A stretch of 64,000 bases of DNA from Stegostoma tigrinum (taxonomy: Eukaryota), in NCBI RefSeq assembly GCF_030684315.1, contig NC_081387.1, positions 23,058,647 to 23,122,646 on the forward strand, given 5' to 3'. Shown piece after piece: positions 37,901 through 52,900 of the stretch. Below the pieces are notes generated by a model, which saw nothing but the letters and a program-made list of their open reading frames with translations, was not told the DNA's origin and made no database searches. Made by a program: the position numbers and the translations under genes. Position 1 is the stretch's first letter. Each line of letters begins with the position of its first letter.

Positions 37901-40900
37901 ACATCAGAAAGTGGGCTTCAGACTTACGATCCTCACCAAGTACATTGATATCATGGAGAACAAGAAGGAGAACAAGCACTGCTTCAGGATTTGAACCAGT
38001 AAATAATGCGACAAGGTGATATTGAAGATTCATTGTTGAAATTTATTGCGGAAGGAGTCCATTCAGTCCCTTGAGTCCACTCCATCCCTGTAACCCTGCA
38101 TTTCCCATGGCTAAAGCACCTATCCTGCACAGAACACCTGGAGGAAACCCTTGCAGACATAGGGAGAATGTGTAAACTCCATACACAGTCACCTGAGGAT
38201 GGAATTGAACTTAGGTCTCTGGCACTGTAAGCTAGCAGTGTTGACTATTGTGCCACCGTGCTGACCAAACTGCTTGATAAGGAAGCAACCCTTCGCTGTC
38301 CCTGCTGTATTGCTGTTTGGGGAAGCTGGGCTCGCTGGGGTTGCCATACCTATACTGGGCAGCTGAAACATTGTTGTGTCTGTGATAAATCCAGTCATGG
38401 TGCAGCTAACTACTGCATCACATGGACGTTCTGCAGGTCAGAAGGCCATCAACCAAAGGACTGCAGCCTGTATATTGGCCACTTCTCCAAGACCTGCCTA
38501 AAACACTGCGTCTGTTTTGCACAAGTCGCAAGAGAAAAGGAATATAGATACAAGGGCTCCTAGAGGCTGACAGCAGGGAATCTCTGTGTGCATCAGTCAT
38601 CTCTCAGTAAAGCCCAGCTCCAGGAGCAGGGAATCCCTCAGTAAAGCCCATCTCCGGGAGCAGGGAATCCCTCAGTAAATCCCAGCTGCAGGATCAGGGA
38701 ATCCTTCAGTAAACCCCAGCTCTGGGATGAGGGTATTTCTCAGTAAACCCAGCTCTGGGATTAGGGAATCTCTCAGTAAACCCCAGCGCCGGGAGCCGGG
38801 AATCTCTCAATAAACCCAGCTCCAGGATTAGGGAATCTCTCAGTAAACCTCAGCTCCAGGAACAGGGACTCTCTCAGTAAATCCCAGCTCCGGGATTAGA
38901 GAATCTCTCAGTAAACCCCAGCTCTGGGAGCAGGGAATCTCTTGATACATAATAATCCATCCAGCAGAACAGTGCTATCTGTGTATCCTAGGAGGAATTA
39001 GAGACGGGTTGTGGAAAAATACAAGAGGAAGCTGTCGAAAGATGGTCAGTGGTGAGGAGAGTTTCCGGAAAGAGCTTAGCAATACTGGGGGATGATGTTT
39101 TTGGCGTTTGGCTGTGTGATCATGGATTGTAGCTGAATGGCACATCCTCTGCCTATCGGAGGCGATTCCACTACACACCCTTTGGGCTGTGTTTCTGGAT
39201 GTGTTTGATATTATCAGAAATGGAACTGAAAACAATAACATCACAGCGGCAGATGTTGATGAAGGGATTCAGTGAAGTTGAGATGAAGGAGTCGAGAAAG
39301 ATTGAGAATAGGATAAAGGATCTGATTCAGATTCATTGTTATCCTTCTGGCTGAGAAACAGGGGACAGGCCTGGTGGTGTTGACATTGGCCATTTTAACA
39401 TTATCACCAACAGTTAAATTATTCACACAGGCAAGGCAAGGATAGTTCTATATTAATGCACAGAACAGTACAGTGCAGGAACAGACCCTTCGGCCCACTA
39501 TGTCTGTGCTGACCATAATGCCACTCTAAACTAATCGTATCTGCCTGCACGTGGTCCATTTCCCTCTACTCCCTGCTTGTCCATGTGTCTGTCTGAACCC
39601 CTCCAAAAAGTTGCTATTTTGTCTAAGCATCTGCTTCTATCACCTCCCCTGGCAGCACAGTAACCTCCCACCCTCTTTGTAACAAATATGCCTCACACAT
39701 CTCCTTTAAACTTTCCCCCTTCACCCTGAAGCTATGTCCCCTAGCATTTGACATTTCCAACCTGGGAAAATGACTCCAACTACCCACTTTATCCATGCCT
39801 CTCATAGTTTATCTACTTCTATCAGGTCTCCCGTCAGTTCTGATGCTCTACTGAAAATATTCCAAGTTTGTCCAACGTCTGTTTATTGCTAATACACACC
39901 AATCCAAGCAAAATGCTGGAAAACATTTTTTGCATCCTGTTCAAAAACACATCCTTCCTAACGTAGGACAACCAGAACTGCCCATTATACAACTGAGTTT
40001 CATGAGTGTTAGGACATTGTTGTTCTGTGTAGAAATCTAGGCTGTAAACTCATCTGCCTTACCTGTTAAACTGCTTGCATTAACATTAATACTATTAAGA
40101 TCACCAGTCCCGCTGTGTTCATTAACCTGATCCTGCCTGCTCTTCCAATGAGACTGATGACTTAACCTCTACCTCTTCCGCAATCACTCCACATGGTGAC
40201 CTACTGCCCACCCTCTGCCCCTCACCCCGCCACACTGGACTGAAATGACTACGTACTGTTGAAATTAAACATTTAATAATTTAAAATGAATATAAGTTTG
40301 AATAAGTGACTTTATGCTAATTGCAGAGTTTGGACAGCGGCCTTGGGTTGATGTGGAGGAGAACAACAAAGGACTTTGTGTTGTGTGTCGATCAGACGGA
40401 TGGTATCCTGAGCCACTGATACAGTGGGTAGATGGGAAAGGAGATGCGACAGTACAGTCTGAAACAGAATTCATTCAGGACCCCACAGGCCTCATCACTG
40501 TCCAGAGTCGTATTAATGTCCAAAGTGATTCTGTGAACAAGTTTTCATGTTTCATAGAAAACCAGTTATTGAGCAAAAGACGAGAGGCCCATCTCCAGAT
40601 ATCAGGTAGGTGTGTGTTTGGTAATCATTTGATGGGCGATATTTCTCCCCCCCCCCCCCCCTCCCCACCCCTGAAGACACTAACTCAGACTGGGTGTGAA
40701 TCCACGAGCACTGATTTGTCTCTGGACAATACCAAGAGGCAGCTTTTCATATTTGAAGCTGAAACATTGAGAAGTGAGTAGACTATCCACAGCACAGCTT
40801 CAGCTGGGCCTGATGTGTACTTACCCAATGTCCACATTTCATATTCCAGCTGTGGTCACTGGATAGAGATTAGGACCAAGGACACTAAGTACTGTGCTTT

Positions 40901-43900
40901 TGGCTGACTGTTATTAAGAGAGACAAATGTTTATTCATAACAGCACCTGAAATCCAAATGAATCTCAAGTTCTTTCAACAAAAATTCTTAATAGCAATGG
41001 TATTATTTACTTGTATGTCTTGGGAAGGAATCAGTAGCTGAGATTATTCCTGAAGGTTGATGAAATTATGATACTTTGAAGAAAATCCCAAATATTTGTT
41101 TCATAGGTTTGTGTCTTGCAGATCAAATACTGATTCTGTTCTTTTTAATCTTAGATGAGTTCTTCCCCAGAGTCAATGCTTGGCTTGTATGTTTCTTGGT
41201 GTTTCTTGGCCTTGTGATTGCGGCTATTACTATTGATGTAATAGTCCACAGAAAAGAAGATGAAAAGATTAAAGGTAGGAGCAAAATAGACATTTAAAGC
41301 TTGACATTTGTGGACGTACATTAAGGTTGAAATGAATTATAATTGTAACAGTTTCTGAATTATCTGAAAATTATTCTGAAATGGAAAGAATGTAATATGA
41401 ATGTGAAATTTTAATTTTTTTTAGCTTTCAGGATAATCCCTTGCTTAGCATGCTGCTTCTCTGCAAAGGAAGAAAAGTTATGTTAACTATCTCTGAGACA
41501 GAATAAGCCCTTTATTAAAGTTTCATTTTGGGACATGAGACTAAATGGTTAGACCAGCATTTATTGCCCATCTCTAGTTGCAGTTGAGAAGGTGGTGTTG
41601 AGATGTTTTCATGGTCCGCTGCACTCTGTGTAATATGGGTACATTCACAGTGTTTTATTTCTGTCACAGTGTGATATAACTGAGTGGCTTCCCAGGCCAT
41701 CTCAGAAGGCAGTTCAAAGTCAAACACTTTATTATGGGCCTGTCTGACCAATTTCCTTTCCTGAAGGATATTAGTGGAACAGTCAGTAACTTCATTCCCT
41801 CCACTATCTAAACTCAAATTGTGATTCAATCAGTGGTTGACCCCTTCAAACAAATTCGCTCTGAGGATGGAGTCAGTCAGGGATGGAGTGAGAAATCTGC
41901 AGGATGTGTGTGTGTGAACTTGCTGAGCAGTGAATTGGGGAGCAAGGCATGTAGGATTGTGCGATGTACTCTGTAAATAAATGTTATTGGTTGTAATAAA
42001 TTGGGACAGCAACTCAAAATTGTCAGAAAAGTCAGATAGGTACAGCCTCCAAAGAACATGATACTTTTTGGAAAATTAATGCCGTTCAGTACAGCTACAG
42101 AAGATAGATAGGGTACGATATGTAGAAAGGTTAAGACTGTTTTACCATGTGAATGAAATGGCGCAGTAGGTGAAAGAAAGTGATTTTGTTAACTGCATAT
42201 TGGGCACAGATTCCAGTCCGATTCGAAACTTAACATCCCTGAAAGTCCCTGATATCGAAATATTTTCAAAGATTGTAGGCCTTACTCAAAGGACACTGTC
42301 ACCCTAAGCCCCCAATGTGAATTTAGAACATTACCACTTTAATTCATGGGAGAGCCCCTCATGGTAAGAATCAAGGAGATTATGGAGCATTGTGATTTTG
42401 GACCAACTTTAAATAGGAGATTGCCATGCAATCATCCAAAAGAAGCTTAGTAAAAATTGTAAATGGATTTTAGAAGGTTGCTGGAGATTAGTTTAGGCAT
42501 GGAGAGTGTGGAGAAGGGCGAGCAGGAGATACAAAGTGCTTTGAGAAGCACAGCCCACCAGTTCGGATGGGAAACTGCAAGCAACAGTGGTGGTGTCCGG
42601 AGTGAAGGTGCTGGTGAAAGCAGGGAATGGATCCAGGAACCGGAATAGCCAGAGTGTACAGAAGGTTAAACCAACAGCCTTGGACAGGCCCTGAGGGTGC
42701 AGAGTGTTTCCAGTGTGGGGGAGGCCAACCTCCATAGCAGTGTTTTCAAGAAGGAGCTCACCTTCTGATGTTGAAGAGCACTGGGACCAGGCTGACGACA
42801 TGTGTAGGTTGGGGGTGAGCAGTGGCTGGTGGGCATTTACATGAATAGGCTCAACAGTGGCTCCAGTGAGGTACTGTCAGCAATGCCCTCAGCCCAGTGT
42901 CTGGTCAGGGCCCATGTTTAATGTGGTGTGATTAGCTCCAAGAGATCAAATTAAATTAACCAGAGACTTTTAGCATCAGAGAGGGTGAAGGGGGTCACAC
43001 AATCCAGAAGCTATCCCTAGGTTTTTCAGAGTTAGGCCTGTGCTCTGTGTGTTATTGGAGAAGTTGGAGATGGAGTTGGAGAGAATGAAAAGACCTTGGC
43101 ATCATTCACCCTGTGTGATTTTCTGAATGGGCAGCACCCATTGTGCCAGGAGTGTAACTGGATAAGTTCATTCCCATCTGTGGGGATCACAAGCTGGTGG
43201 CTATGATGTGGCTGGATAAGCATCTCGTTTCCAACAGGAAGATCGATATGGGAACGCAGCTGGGGCGGGGGGTGGGGGTGGTCAGACATTCTCAGAGTTG
43301 GACATGACTCATGCCGAGCAGCAGCTGGAGCTGTCAGAGCCTCACGGGAATATGTGACTATTAACACCCACAAGGAGTTGTATCAATTTACTCACTTGTA
43401 CTGTCTTCCAAAGAACCACGGAGAGCTTACTGCAAGACTTGCCAGTTATTGTTGTGTCTTGGATAATGTATCAACTAACCTCTTGTAAAAGAGCATTTGT
43501 TGATTTTGGGAGAAATATGAAGGAGTTCCCAGGAAGCAGGAGTGGACCTTAATAGAGAAGCACCTTCCAGGTTAATGAGGTGGTTTGCTTGGGTTATCAG
43601 GTGGATGCACAGGGTTTGCACCCCCATGGAGGACAAGGTGAGAACAATCAGGGAGACACTGGCCCCTCGGAATATCTCTGAACTCAAAACCTTTCTAGGA
43701 ATGGTTAAGTCCTGTGGGTGATTCCTCCCAAGCCTTTCCACAATGTTAGCGCCACGACAAAAATAACGAAAGAAACAACAGGGCCTGGGTCGGACCACAA
43801 ACTGAGGCTTTTAAACAGGTCCAGAAGGTGCTTCAATTATTGTGTTTCCTGGTTTGCTTCAACCAGCAAGATATTACTGACATCCTCATATGGTGTTGGG

Positions 43901-46900
43901 GCAGTTTTATCCCACACAATGGATAATGGGGCAGATAGACCTGTGGGAAATGCAGCAAAAATACTGTCGGACGCAGAGAAGAGCTATTTGTGAATAAGAG
44001 AGACGACAGAGCAGTTATTTGTGGCAACAAAATGTTCCACCAATATCGAGACTGGAGACATTTCATCATGTGGTGACAGACCACAAGCCACTGTTGGGAA
44101 TATAAGGTGATTTGACCAATAGCTTTGGCCTTTGAACATTGTCCTGAGACCTCAATAGCCAATGCTGATGCCCTCATCATGTTCCCTGACCAGAGATAGG
44201 CACAGGCCCCACAGTGTCGGAAGAGATGGGAATGGCCATGAATTTTCAAACTACTTCATCTGTTTTAGCTCAACAAAGTAAGTACTGGGCTAACAGAGAC
44301 CCACAATTCTCAAAGGAGAAGCAGATAATAGTGTGTGGCTGGCAAAACAAAAGATTTTTTAAAAGAAATTAAACCTTACAAGTTGGGGAAAAGTGAGCTT
44401 CGTTGTGAGCATGGTATTGTCCTTTGGGGATTGAAGGCTTTTATTCTTGGGTCGGAAGAAATTTGTTCCTGAAATATTTACAAAAGACGTATCCGGGTGT
44501 ATTTAAAATGAATAAAATGGTTTCAGGAAGCTCTGTTGGCAGTCTAGCATTGAAGCAGCAGTTAAAGATGCGGTAAAGTGCTGTGATCAGTGCTAATTTC
44601 AGCAGACGTTACCCGTCCCAAGCCCACAATTGTGAGGTGAGTGACAGTCCTTGATATCAAGGCTGCATTCGACCAAGTGTGGCATCGGGCTGCTGTCACA
44701 AAATTGGAATCAATGGGCAAACTGACTGCTGATTGGAGTCATACCTGACGCATAGGAAGATGGTCATGGTTTGTGGAGGTCAGTCAGTTCCAGAACATTT
44801 CTGCAGGATTTCCTGAAGGTAGTGTCCTTGACCCAACCATTTTCAACTGCTGCATCAATGATCAAGCAATTGACCAGAGGAGATCCAATCAGTGATGAAT
44901 ATTGTTGAAATAGCAAGGCCTTATGAATTGGAAAGATTAAAATCCATATGTCCAAGTGATAAAGCATGGATAAAGAGGACAGCTAAACAACTGAAGATCA
45001 TGAATATGTACCAGAAATATAATCCCATCACTGCCTATGTTTCACCCCAATGTGCATTAAGTGATGTATTTAACTGAACAGTTTTGTTGAAATTATATCA
45101 TGATGAGAACGTCTAGTGAAAGATGAAAAACATCATTTGTAAATTCTGACAGATCTTCAGATTGAGATTTAGAATGTTAAAATGTTGTTCTGATCCCAGC
45201 TGATGGTTTTCTGGACAAGTCTGAACTGTGTTCTGTTTGTGTCCCGATGTTGCTGCTATCGGGTGCGGCGGTAGCTGCAGAATCTCACTCACTAACACGT
45301 TCCTGTGTTCTTGTCTTTCAGAACTACAGGAATTCCTCACTTTGGAAGGTAAGTTATTTCAGAACCATGTCAGGATTCTGATTTACAGACACTGAGTAAG
45401 AAAATTCCAGTTTCACTTCATGGGAATCCAGGAATTCTGAACAAAGAGGATGGAATTTTATAAGGGTCTGAGCGCTGTGGTCTGTGGTGAGAAATTGATG
45501 GAATTGTGTGAGGTGTCCATTGAGACCCATTTCAATGTCACTGCCTGGCATTGAGGTGGGATTCTCACAAAGCTGCAATGTGTGTTGCCTATGAAAGGGG
45601 AATATTGCGAATGAACGACCATATTAACTGCATACCTCACCTCATTAATATACAGCCTTCTATCGCACCAAACCTGTCAGACAGGCAGGATACTGAGAAT
45701 TCTCGACATGGAGATCCAAACATGTACCTGCTGACTTCAGCTCACTGCTCACTCCAAAGGGATCTCAATGTTGGAAATTAGACACCAACCTCTCAGGGCA
45801 TGCCGCATGTAACCCATGTCCATGGACATTGGCATCCAACATGTGCCAGCCTTGAAATACCCTCATGGCACATCTCCAAACATTGTAAAACTGCTGCTTG
45901 GACACTGTCCACTCAGAGGCACACACCCAGCTCATGGACTGGGCGAAACTGCATCGCTGGGATGTTTACTTGTTCTTTTAACCCTCACTCACTCTCAGCT
46001 TATCTGGATATTAGCAGCATTCCTGCTTTTTCATTAACATTTACTCCTTGTCCCTCAGCCAGAGATACAATGCTCACAGTTCTGCTGTTTAACCGTTTAG
46101 TGGAGACACGGAGCCAAGAAGCTGGTCAGATTGTCAGCAGAACACAGTCAAGCCAAGGGAGGTAGCCTTCAGCCAGAGGATATGGTCAGTCAGTAGCATT
46201 ACCCCTCATTAGCTGTGAGGGATCAACTATCAGCTAGTACCCCACCCAGCCATATGGACACTTACTGACTAGTGGGGACTGTTTTCCTCCTGAATGGGAG
46301 AGAGGTAGTTGTTAATGGAGACGAAAGTGCTCTTACTGTTGGTGTAGGTGTGAAGGTGTCCTGAGGAAATGTGTTGGCAGCACAGAGAACAAACAGGGTT
46401 TGTGGTGTCAGGTGTTGGTGTGGGTGATGGAGAGTGAGTGAAGATGTTCCAGTCCGTGGTAAGTGTGGTAAAGCATGAGCCTTGGTGGGAGGTGGGTGCA
46501 GCAGCAGAGACAGAGTGAGTGTGTGGTCATGGAGAGAAGATGGTGGATCACATGGTGGTGGAGAGGAGAATGTCGCTGATGTGCTGGCAGTCCTCCAGAC
46601 GCTGAGACTGTACTCACCCATGTGCCACCCTCTGACCAGGCAGGGACTGGCATCATGACCATCTCGGCTGGTTCTGGGGGAAGAGGGTATCTACACCACC
46701 CCGTCCAGCGGGACCGTCCGGTTCCTCTCTGCTCCATCTGGGGAAGATGGCAGGAACTGTATGGGGCAGCTGCAGGCTGACAGACCTGTCTGGCTGCACA
46801 ACAGCTTTGCAGAGATGGCACCGCTGCCAGGGATCAGGTCAGTTCTGAGATGTCCCAGCAGTGGCGAGTTGCTTCAGAAATGGTGGGTGGTAGGATGGGG

Positions 46901-49900
46901 CTAGAACTGAATGTGAGGCTCGTAGTGACATGGTCTGTTGTTAATGGGGTGAACGACATGGAGAGAAATAGTCCATGAAACTTGATGAAACTGATTGTTA
47001 ACCAAAAAAGGTTAGATTCAGCCCAATGTTCGACAATCCGATTTGCTTTTCCCTGATTAATCTCCGTCAATGGCCGAGATGATTTCACATGCCTGTGAAC
47101 TTCACACCCTGTTATAGTTAAACAACATCCCTCAGCAGTCCTGACTGGGTGTGCAGTGAGTGAGATGTTGCTCCTTCATCTTTGGGACTGGGTGGCTTAA
47201 TGGGGCCAATCCTGTCTTTTTGCGTTTTGAAACATTTTTGTACATTGGATACAAATATGTTGTATCGCAGAACCATCAAGTTTTTTTTTGTTTATCATTC
47301 TCCAATATTATGAAATGCTCTTTCACTGTTAGCTGTTGATTATCACGTGATTAGATATGGTCCTTTTCTGGTGCAGATAGTTTGATACAGTGCTTCTTTA
47401 ATTAAAATTTTTGTTATCTTTATGTCATTATTCTTTACTATTTCTTGAAAGATATGCTTCGAGTGAGAGGACAGAATACAGAATGAAAGAGCGCAATGTC
47501 CTGGATCAGTGAAAACAACAAACTAATTTCATCATTATTCTGTAATCTTTAATCTCTTGTATCATTTTATTTACTTTGCATGTTTTCTCTTTTTTTAAAA
47601 CCTCTGATTTTTGTTTCTTTGGAGAATGAGTTTAGAGAGGTTTTGCTGATTGGTTACTCTGTCCAAGGTAACAACTGAGCAGAATGCTACTTGATCTCAC
47701 TTCCTCCCCAGTTAGCCAATGAAAAGCAGGAAGAATCTCCACACGACAATCAGAATCTGACTGTCTGTCCAAGGGACATGTGACCACAAAGAGCCCCTTT
47801 CAAACATGCACGAAACAGGTGGAAGTAGCTTGATGGATAGGTTCGGCTGTCAGAGTTTTCAGCTCCCGATGTGTCACTGGGACAGAGTTGGAATGTAATA
47901 ATCATGGGCCGATCATGAGATAGAAATACTGTCAACACTTCCCAATATTCCAGTCCCAGTTTCCGATCAATGTCAGTCTTTACATCAATGGGATAATTAT
48001 TCTGAAATGAACAGAGCATTTGAACAAAAAGAGAACCTAAACTGCTTAGGCAGCATGTTTGGAGAGAGAAACCAAGATAATGTTTCAGGTCAGTGACCTT
48101 CGGGAAAAAGAGACGTATCAGGTCTTGAGCAAATGCTGGCCTGAGGTCAGGGGAAGGGACAGTGGGGAAGGGGGAAGTGCGAAAGGAATGAAAGGTTCAT
48201 GACAGGGTGGAAAGCAAAAGTGATTCAGTAATGAAATGGACAATGATGTAAAGCATCATTGGGATTGTGCACTGGAAAACAAGTCCCTTTATTCCTGGAG
48301 TCATCACAAATGTTCAAGATGTTTAAAAGTATGCCAAGTTCCCCAGTTTACCAATCTTTCAGACCAAGATTGATAAAAAGCACAGAACAGGTTTCTGTAC
48401 ATAAGTAAATAGACTGTAGCTGCTGGTCAAACATTCTGAACCATTGGCATGGGGGAGATGATGGCTTAGTGGCAGTATTAGTGCACTGTTAATCCAGAGA
48501 CCCAGGAAATGTTCTGGGGACCCAGGTTTGAATCCCACCAGACTGTGGATGGTGGCAGATGGTGGGGCTTGAATGCAATAAAAAAAATCTGAAACTAAGA
48601 GTCTAATGATGTCCATGAATCCATAGTCAGAAAAACCTAGTGGGGTTTTCAGTGGGGAACATCCTAAAGGAAACTGCTTTCCTTATCCGGTCAGACCTAC
48701 AGTAACGTATTGACTCTTAACGGCTCGCTGGGCAATTAGCAATGGGCAATAAATCAGCTACACCCTCATCCCATGAATGAATAAAAAACATGAATAGCTC
48801 AAATCGCATAATAAACTGCCTTGTATACCTTTCCTCTCTCTCCAAAAACACACAGAAAAAGAAAACATGGGTGTTCATGTTCACAGAGAGCTGCTGACTC
48901 TTGTGCTATCTGAACACTGCTCTTGATCGTCCTTCTCCAGATGCTTTCACTGGTTTGCAGGAGACCCAGATTGTACAGGTCACACTTATAAAAGATCCCT
49001 GACTTGTTTGTTAAAGCCGTAACTTACAGAAAGTGCTGAAGGAAAAATAAACAAATACTCTTCAGGCTGGAAATGAGTTTTGTTGCAGGAAACGGAGAGA
49101 ACTTCTGAGCTGATGAAGATCCGTTGATGTCTCTGTATCTTATTCAAAGTCCCAAGCTACATCTGGTTCTGCATCTTTTCCTGCTGCTTGAACCAGTGAC
49201 TGTGTAAACAGTGCTTACAGTCAGATGGTTGATCGGTGCTGCAAGAACAGTAAATGTTGGAGATCTGAAATAAAAACAGAAAGTGCTGGAGGAACTCAGC
49301 AGGTCTGGAAAAGTCTGTGGAGAGAGTGGAAAACAAAATGAATGTCACATTCATGATGACTCTTCTTCAGAATGTGTGTGTTCCATAGAATGGCAATATC
49401 AAACTCGAATGGTGCGCTTTGTCCCTCTCGACACAAACGATGCCAAACGTGCTGAATTTCGCTTATAGTTCCTGTTTTTGTATGAGATGAGACTAAAGGG
49501 AAATAGTAGGATCATCGCCAACTGCGACTGTCTAAAAAAAGTGATTTTCAATATTCTTGTTCCACACAGGTTTCAACAAACTGGAAATAAATCGTGGTAA
49601 GTACAGAACTAACATACAATTCAATAAAACTAACCTGAACTGACAATAGATATTGAAGAATACTTCTCATTGGAAATCTTATTTAACTCGGCTTTTCATT
49701 TCTGCTGAAAAATTTTATTTCATATGAACGTAGAAGTTACCAATATGTCAATATTTTGTCTTCATATCGTGCATTTCTAAATAGATTTCATGAAGCTATG
49801 TGTATTTAACCATATATTCACATTTATAATTCCATGGTACTGCAGGAATGTTTTATTTGCACAGTGTTTGTGGATTGAATTCACTGATACATTCAGGCTT

Positions 49901-52900
49901 CAGGACATGGTGAGGTCAAGACGCTGTGACATATTGGCCTTGGTTCCTGATGATGAGCTGAGTGGGTGTGGGGCAGAGGGTTCCGTCTTACCACCTCATG
50001 TTATTTGGGGTCATTGTTGTTTCTGGTTATTGTGTGGGTTGAAGTGCTCAGAGGGACAGTGCTGATCGGTTCTGTAGAATCAGACCCTTGACTGCTTGAT
50101 AGTTCCCCAGTTCATTAAATCTCCCACATACAGTCATTGCAGGTTTGCAGAGTGAGGGATGTTGTGAGGGGGCAGTATTTCACAGAGGGGAATGTATTAG
50201 TTGCAGCCAATAATAAAAGTTGTCTAAATTGTTCATTGGACAGTCCGTGTCAGCACTGAGCTGCACCCTGGAAAATTGCAGGAGGATCCCAGCTCTGCGT
50301 GATCTGCTGCTGTTCACACAGTTCAGTTCAAGGGCAGGGGATCAAATGGGCAAATGTGATAGAGGACAGTCTGAATGGAAACTTTTCCTTTTGATGTTCT
50401 GCAACTGAGTGTCAGCTTCCTCTGAATCACTGTCAGATTTTATTGCATGACTGTCAATTTCACTGGGTCAGTGTCAGTGACTCCATTTCAGTACAGTCAC
50501 ACTGCAGTCACAGTGAAAACCATGGGTTACAGTCAGTGAGGTCAGTGTAAAATACAATCAGAGGTCAAACACCAGCAGGAACTCACTCTGGGATCTCAGA
50601 TGGAGAATCTGTTCAGGACCAAACTGTCAGGAGAGTTGGTCACTGTGTAGAAATGGAAAGAAACCCTTGAATTTCTACCATTTCAGGATCTCAGAATATT
50701 CCCAAGTGTTTGCCAGGCGAGGGAGTGTTTCTGAAATGTAGACCCAGGTTTTCCATTTGTCGTGCAGGCATTATTCCAGTGTAGATGGGAGCTTGACATG
50801 AGGATTCTGCAGAATTCCCATTATAACATACTCCAAGTGAATGGCCTGGGATATTGAATTTTCCGGCCAGCAATTCATTTACCCCTGGACCCCTCCGAAA
50901 ATATCCGTTTAAATGGGGGAACTTGGTGAGTTGCACCATAATCAAGCAACTAGCTACTCAGGAAAACTTTGGACCTGGTCGATCTCCTGAGCATCTACTA
51001 ACCTGATCTCCCACCTCTCTCAGACCCTGACATGACATCACCCTGTATCGCTGTGATCTGACTGCCCCAGCCCTGGACCTGACCTCCCACCTTCACCCAC
51101 CCCACCGTGTGTCTCCTCCCCCACCCCCCGTCCCCCTCATTCCCTGCTCATTCTGGACTCGATCTGTCCTGCCCACCACAACCTACTGCAAACACTCCAC
51201 TTTCCTGGTCCCCACTACCTTGCGCTGCAGCACCCGACTTAACTGGCTCCATCACCCGATTCAGCTGGCACCCTCCCCTCACAGCACCCAAATCTTACCC
51301 CCTCAGGCAACGCTGGAGAAACTCAGCAGGTCTGGCAGCATCTGTGGGGAGAGAAACAGAATTAATGTTTCAAGTCCATTGACACTTCTTCAGAACTGAA
51401 TGATGATGGAACATGGATTCATTTTTATGCTTTTGAGAGACAGACGATGAGACAGAGGACAGATGGAATAGACACCCAGTGCAAAAGATAAGGGGGTTGT
51501 GAGACAGAAAAAAGGACGTACGAAGGATCTAAAGATATGGAGTAGGCCATTTAGCGCTGAGATGTGGAGACTGTCTTCACTCTGAGTGGACATGGTCAGA
51601 AGTCACATGACACCAAGTTATAGCCCAACAGGTTTATTTGAAATCACAAGCTTTTTGAGCACTGCCCCTTTGTCAAGGGACTTCATCTGGTGTCATGTGA
51701 TTCTGATGCTGTCCGCCCCAGTCCACCCTCCACTTCACTCCGAGTGGTGAGCCTGTGGAATTCTCTGCCACAGAAAATGGCTGAAGCCAAAACAAGTTAC
51801 TGTTTTCAAGAAGGATTTCAGTATAATTCTTAGAATTGCAGGCTCGAAGGGTATGGAGGCGGGAAGAGCAGGAGCAGGATACTCAGCAGGATGTGAGCCA
51901 TGTAAAGTGACAGACCATTCATGAATGTAAGTGGGAAGAGATTTAACAAGGATGGAGAAATAGAGTCAAGGGAAGGAAGAGATAAGTTCCATGGGGCAGG
52001 ATCAGGCTGCAATGATGGGTCTGCCAGTGCAGACCTGTTTGTGAATTTTGGGGAGGAGGTAGAAGGGAGCTGTGTGGGTTTGAGGCACAATGATTTGGGA
52101 AGCTGTGGGGGGGGCGAGGGGTTAGATTTCCAGAGGAGATGAAGTCTGTGACAATCTTAGAAACAACAGCGTGATGTTCAAAGGTGCAGGCATGATCCAG
52201 GAGAGATAGAAGAAAGTGCTGATGTCCCCCTTTCATTGATAAGATCAAATGGAGACTGACTGATTGGTTTGAGGAATATCTCCATCCTGACAGTAGGAAT
52301 GAACACAACATTTCAGTTATGACCATTTTAAAACGCACCTTGCTCTTAATGGAGCATTTCTGTCCTGGGCCTGTAGGCACAAAAACACACTCGAGAAAGA
52401 ACGCCTCATTTTCTGCTCAGGCACTATGCAGCCTCGAGACTTCAACATTGAATTCAATAACTTCATAAACTGACGTAAAACAGAGAATTGCAGATGCTGG
52501 CGATTTAAAACAAAGAGAAATTGCTGGAGAAACTGGTTTGGCAGCATCTGTGGGCAGGATCGCAGCCTGATGTTAAAAATCTACTGACTTTCGCGGCTCG
52601 CCCTGCCACTGCTCTTTCCTCGCCTTTTTATATAGCACTGCTGTCAGACAGCAGACAAACTGAGTTAGTTTTTGTCCCACACTCAGCTCCATCCTGTACA
52701 GTTTTAGTCACCTCAATCAACATCTCATTTTGTTGCTCTGGCTGAGCCAAAGCAACCTTTCACTGTTTATTCTCCTGCTCACACTCCATTCGAGCAGTAT
52801 GCCTACCTCTCACAGCAGGTAATAATCTCCATCCCATTCAGGGTGGCACTCCTCCTGCCTGGGGAAGCCTGCTTCCACCATACAGTGCCTGACTGCCCCA

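Noticed and set aside
38601-38942. CRISPR-like appearance of the 34-bp repeats
   Set aside because: Head-to-tail tandem units with no unique spacers, eukaryotic context, no cas genes.
45500-47100. Possible decayed DNA transposon (Harbinger-like) or coding region with several 80-140 aa ORFs
   Set aside because: No transposase motif, TIR or TSD could be identified by eye, and the ORFs have no recognisable domains.
47450-48990. Further candidate linker micro-exons (near 47452, 47625 and 48941-48978)
   Set aside because: Weak donors or acceptors, wrong phase or in-frame stops.
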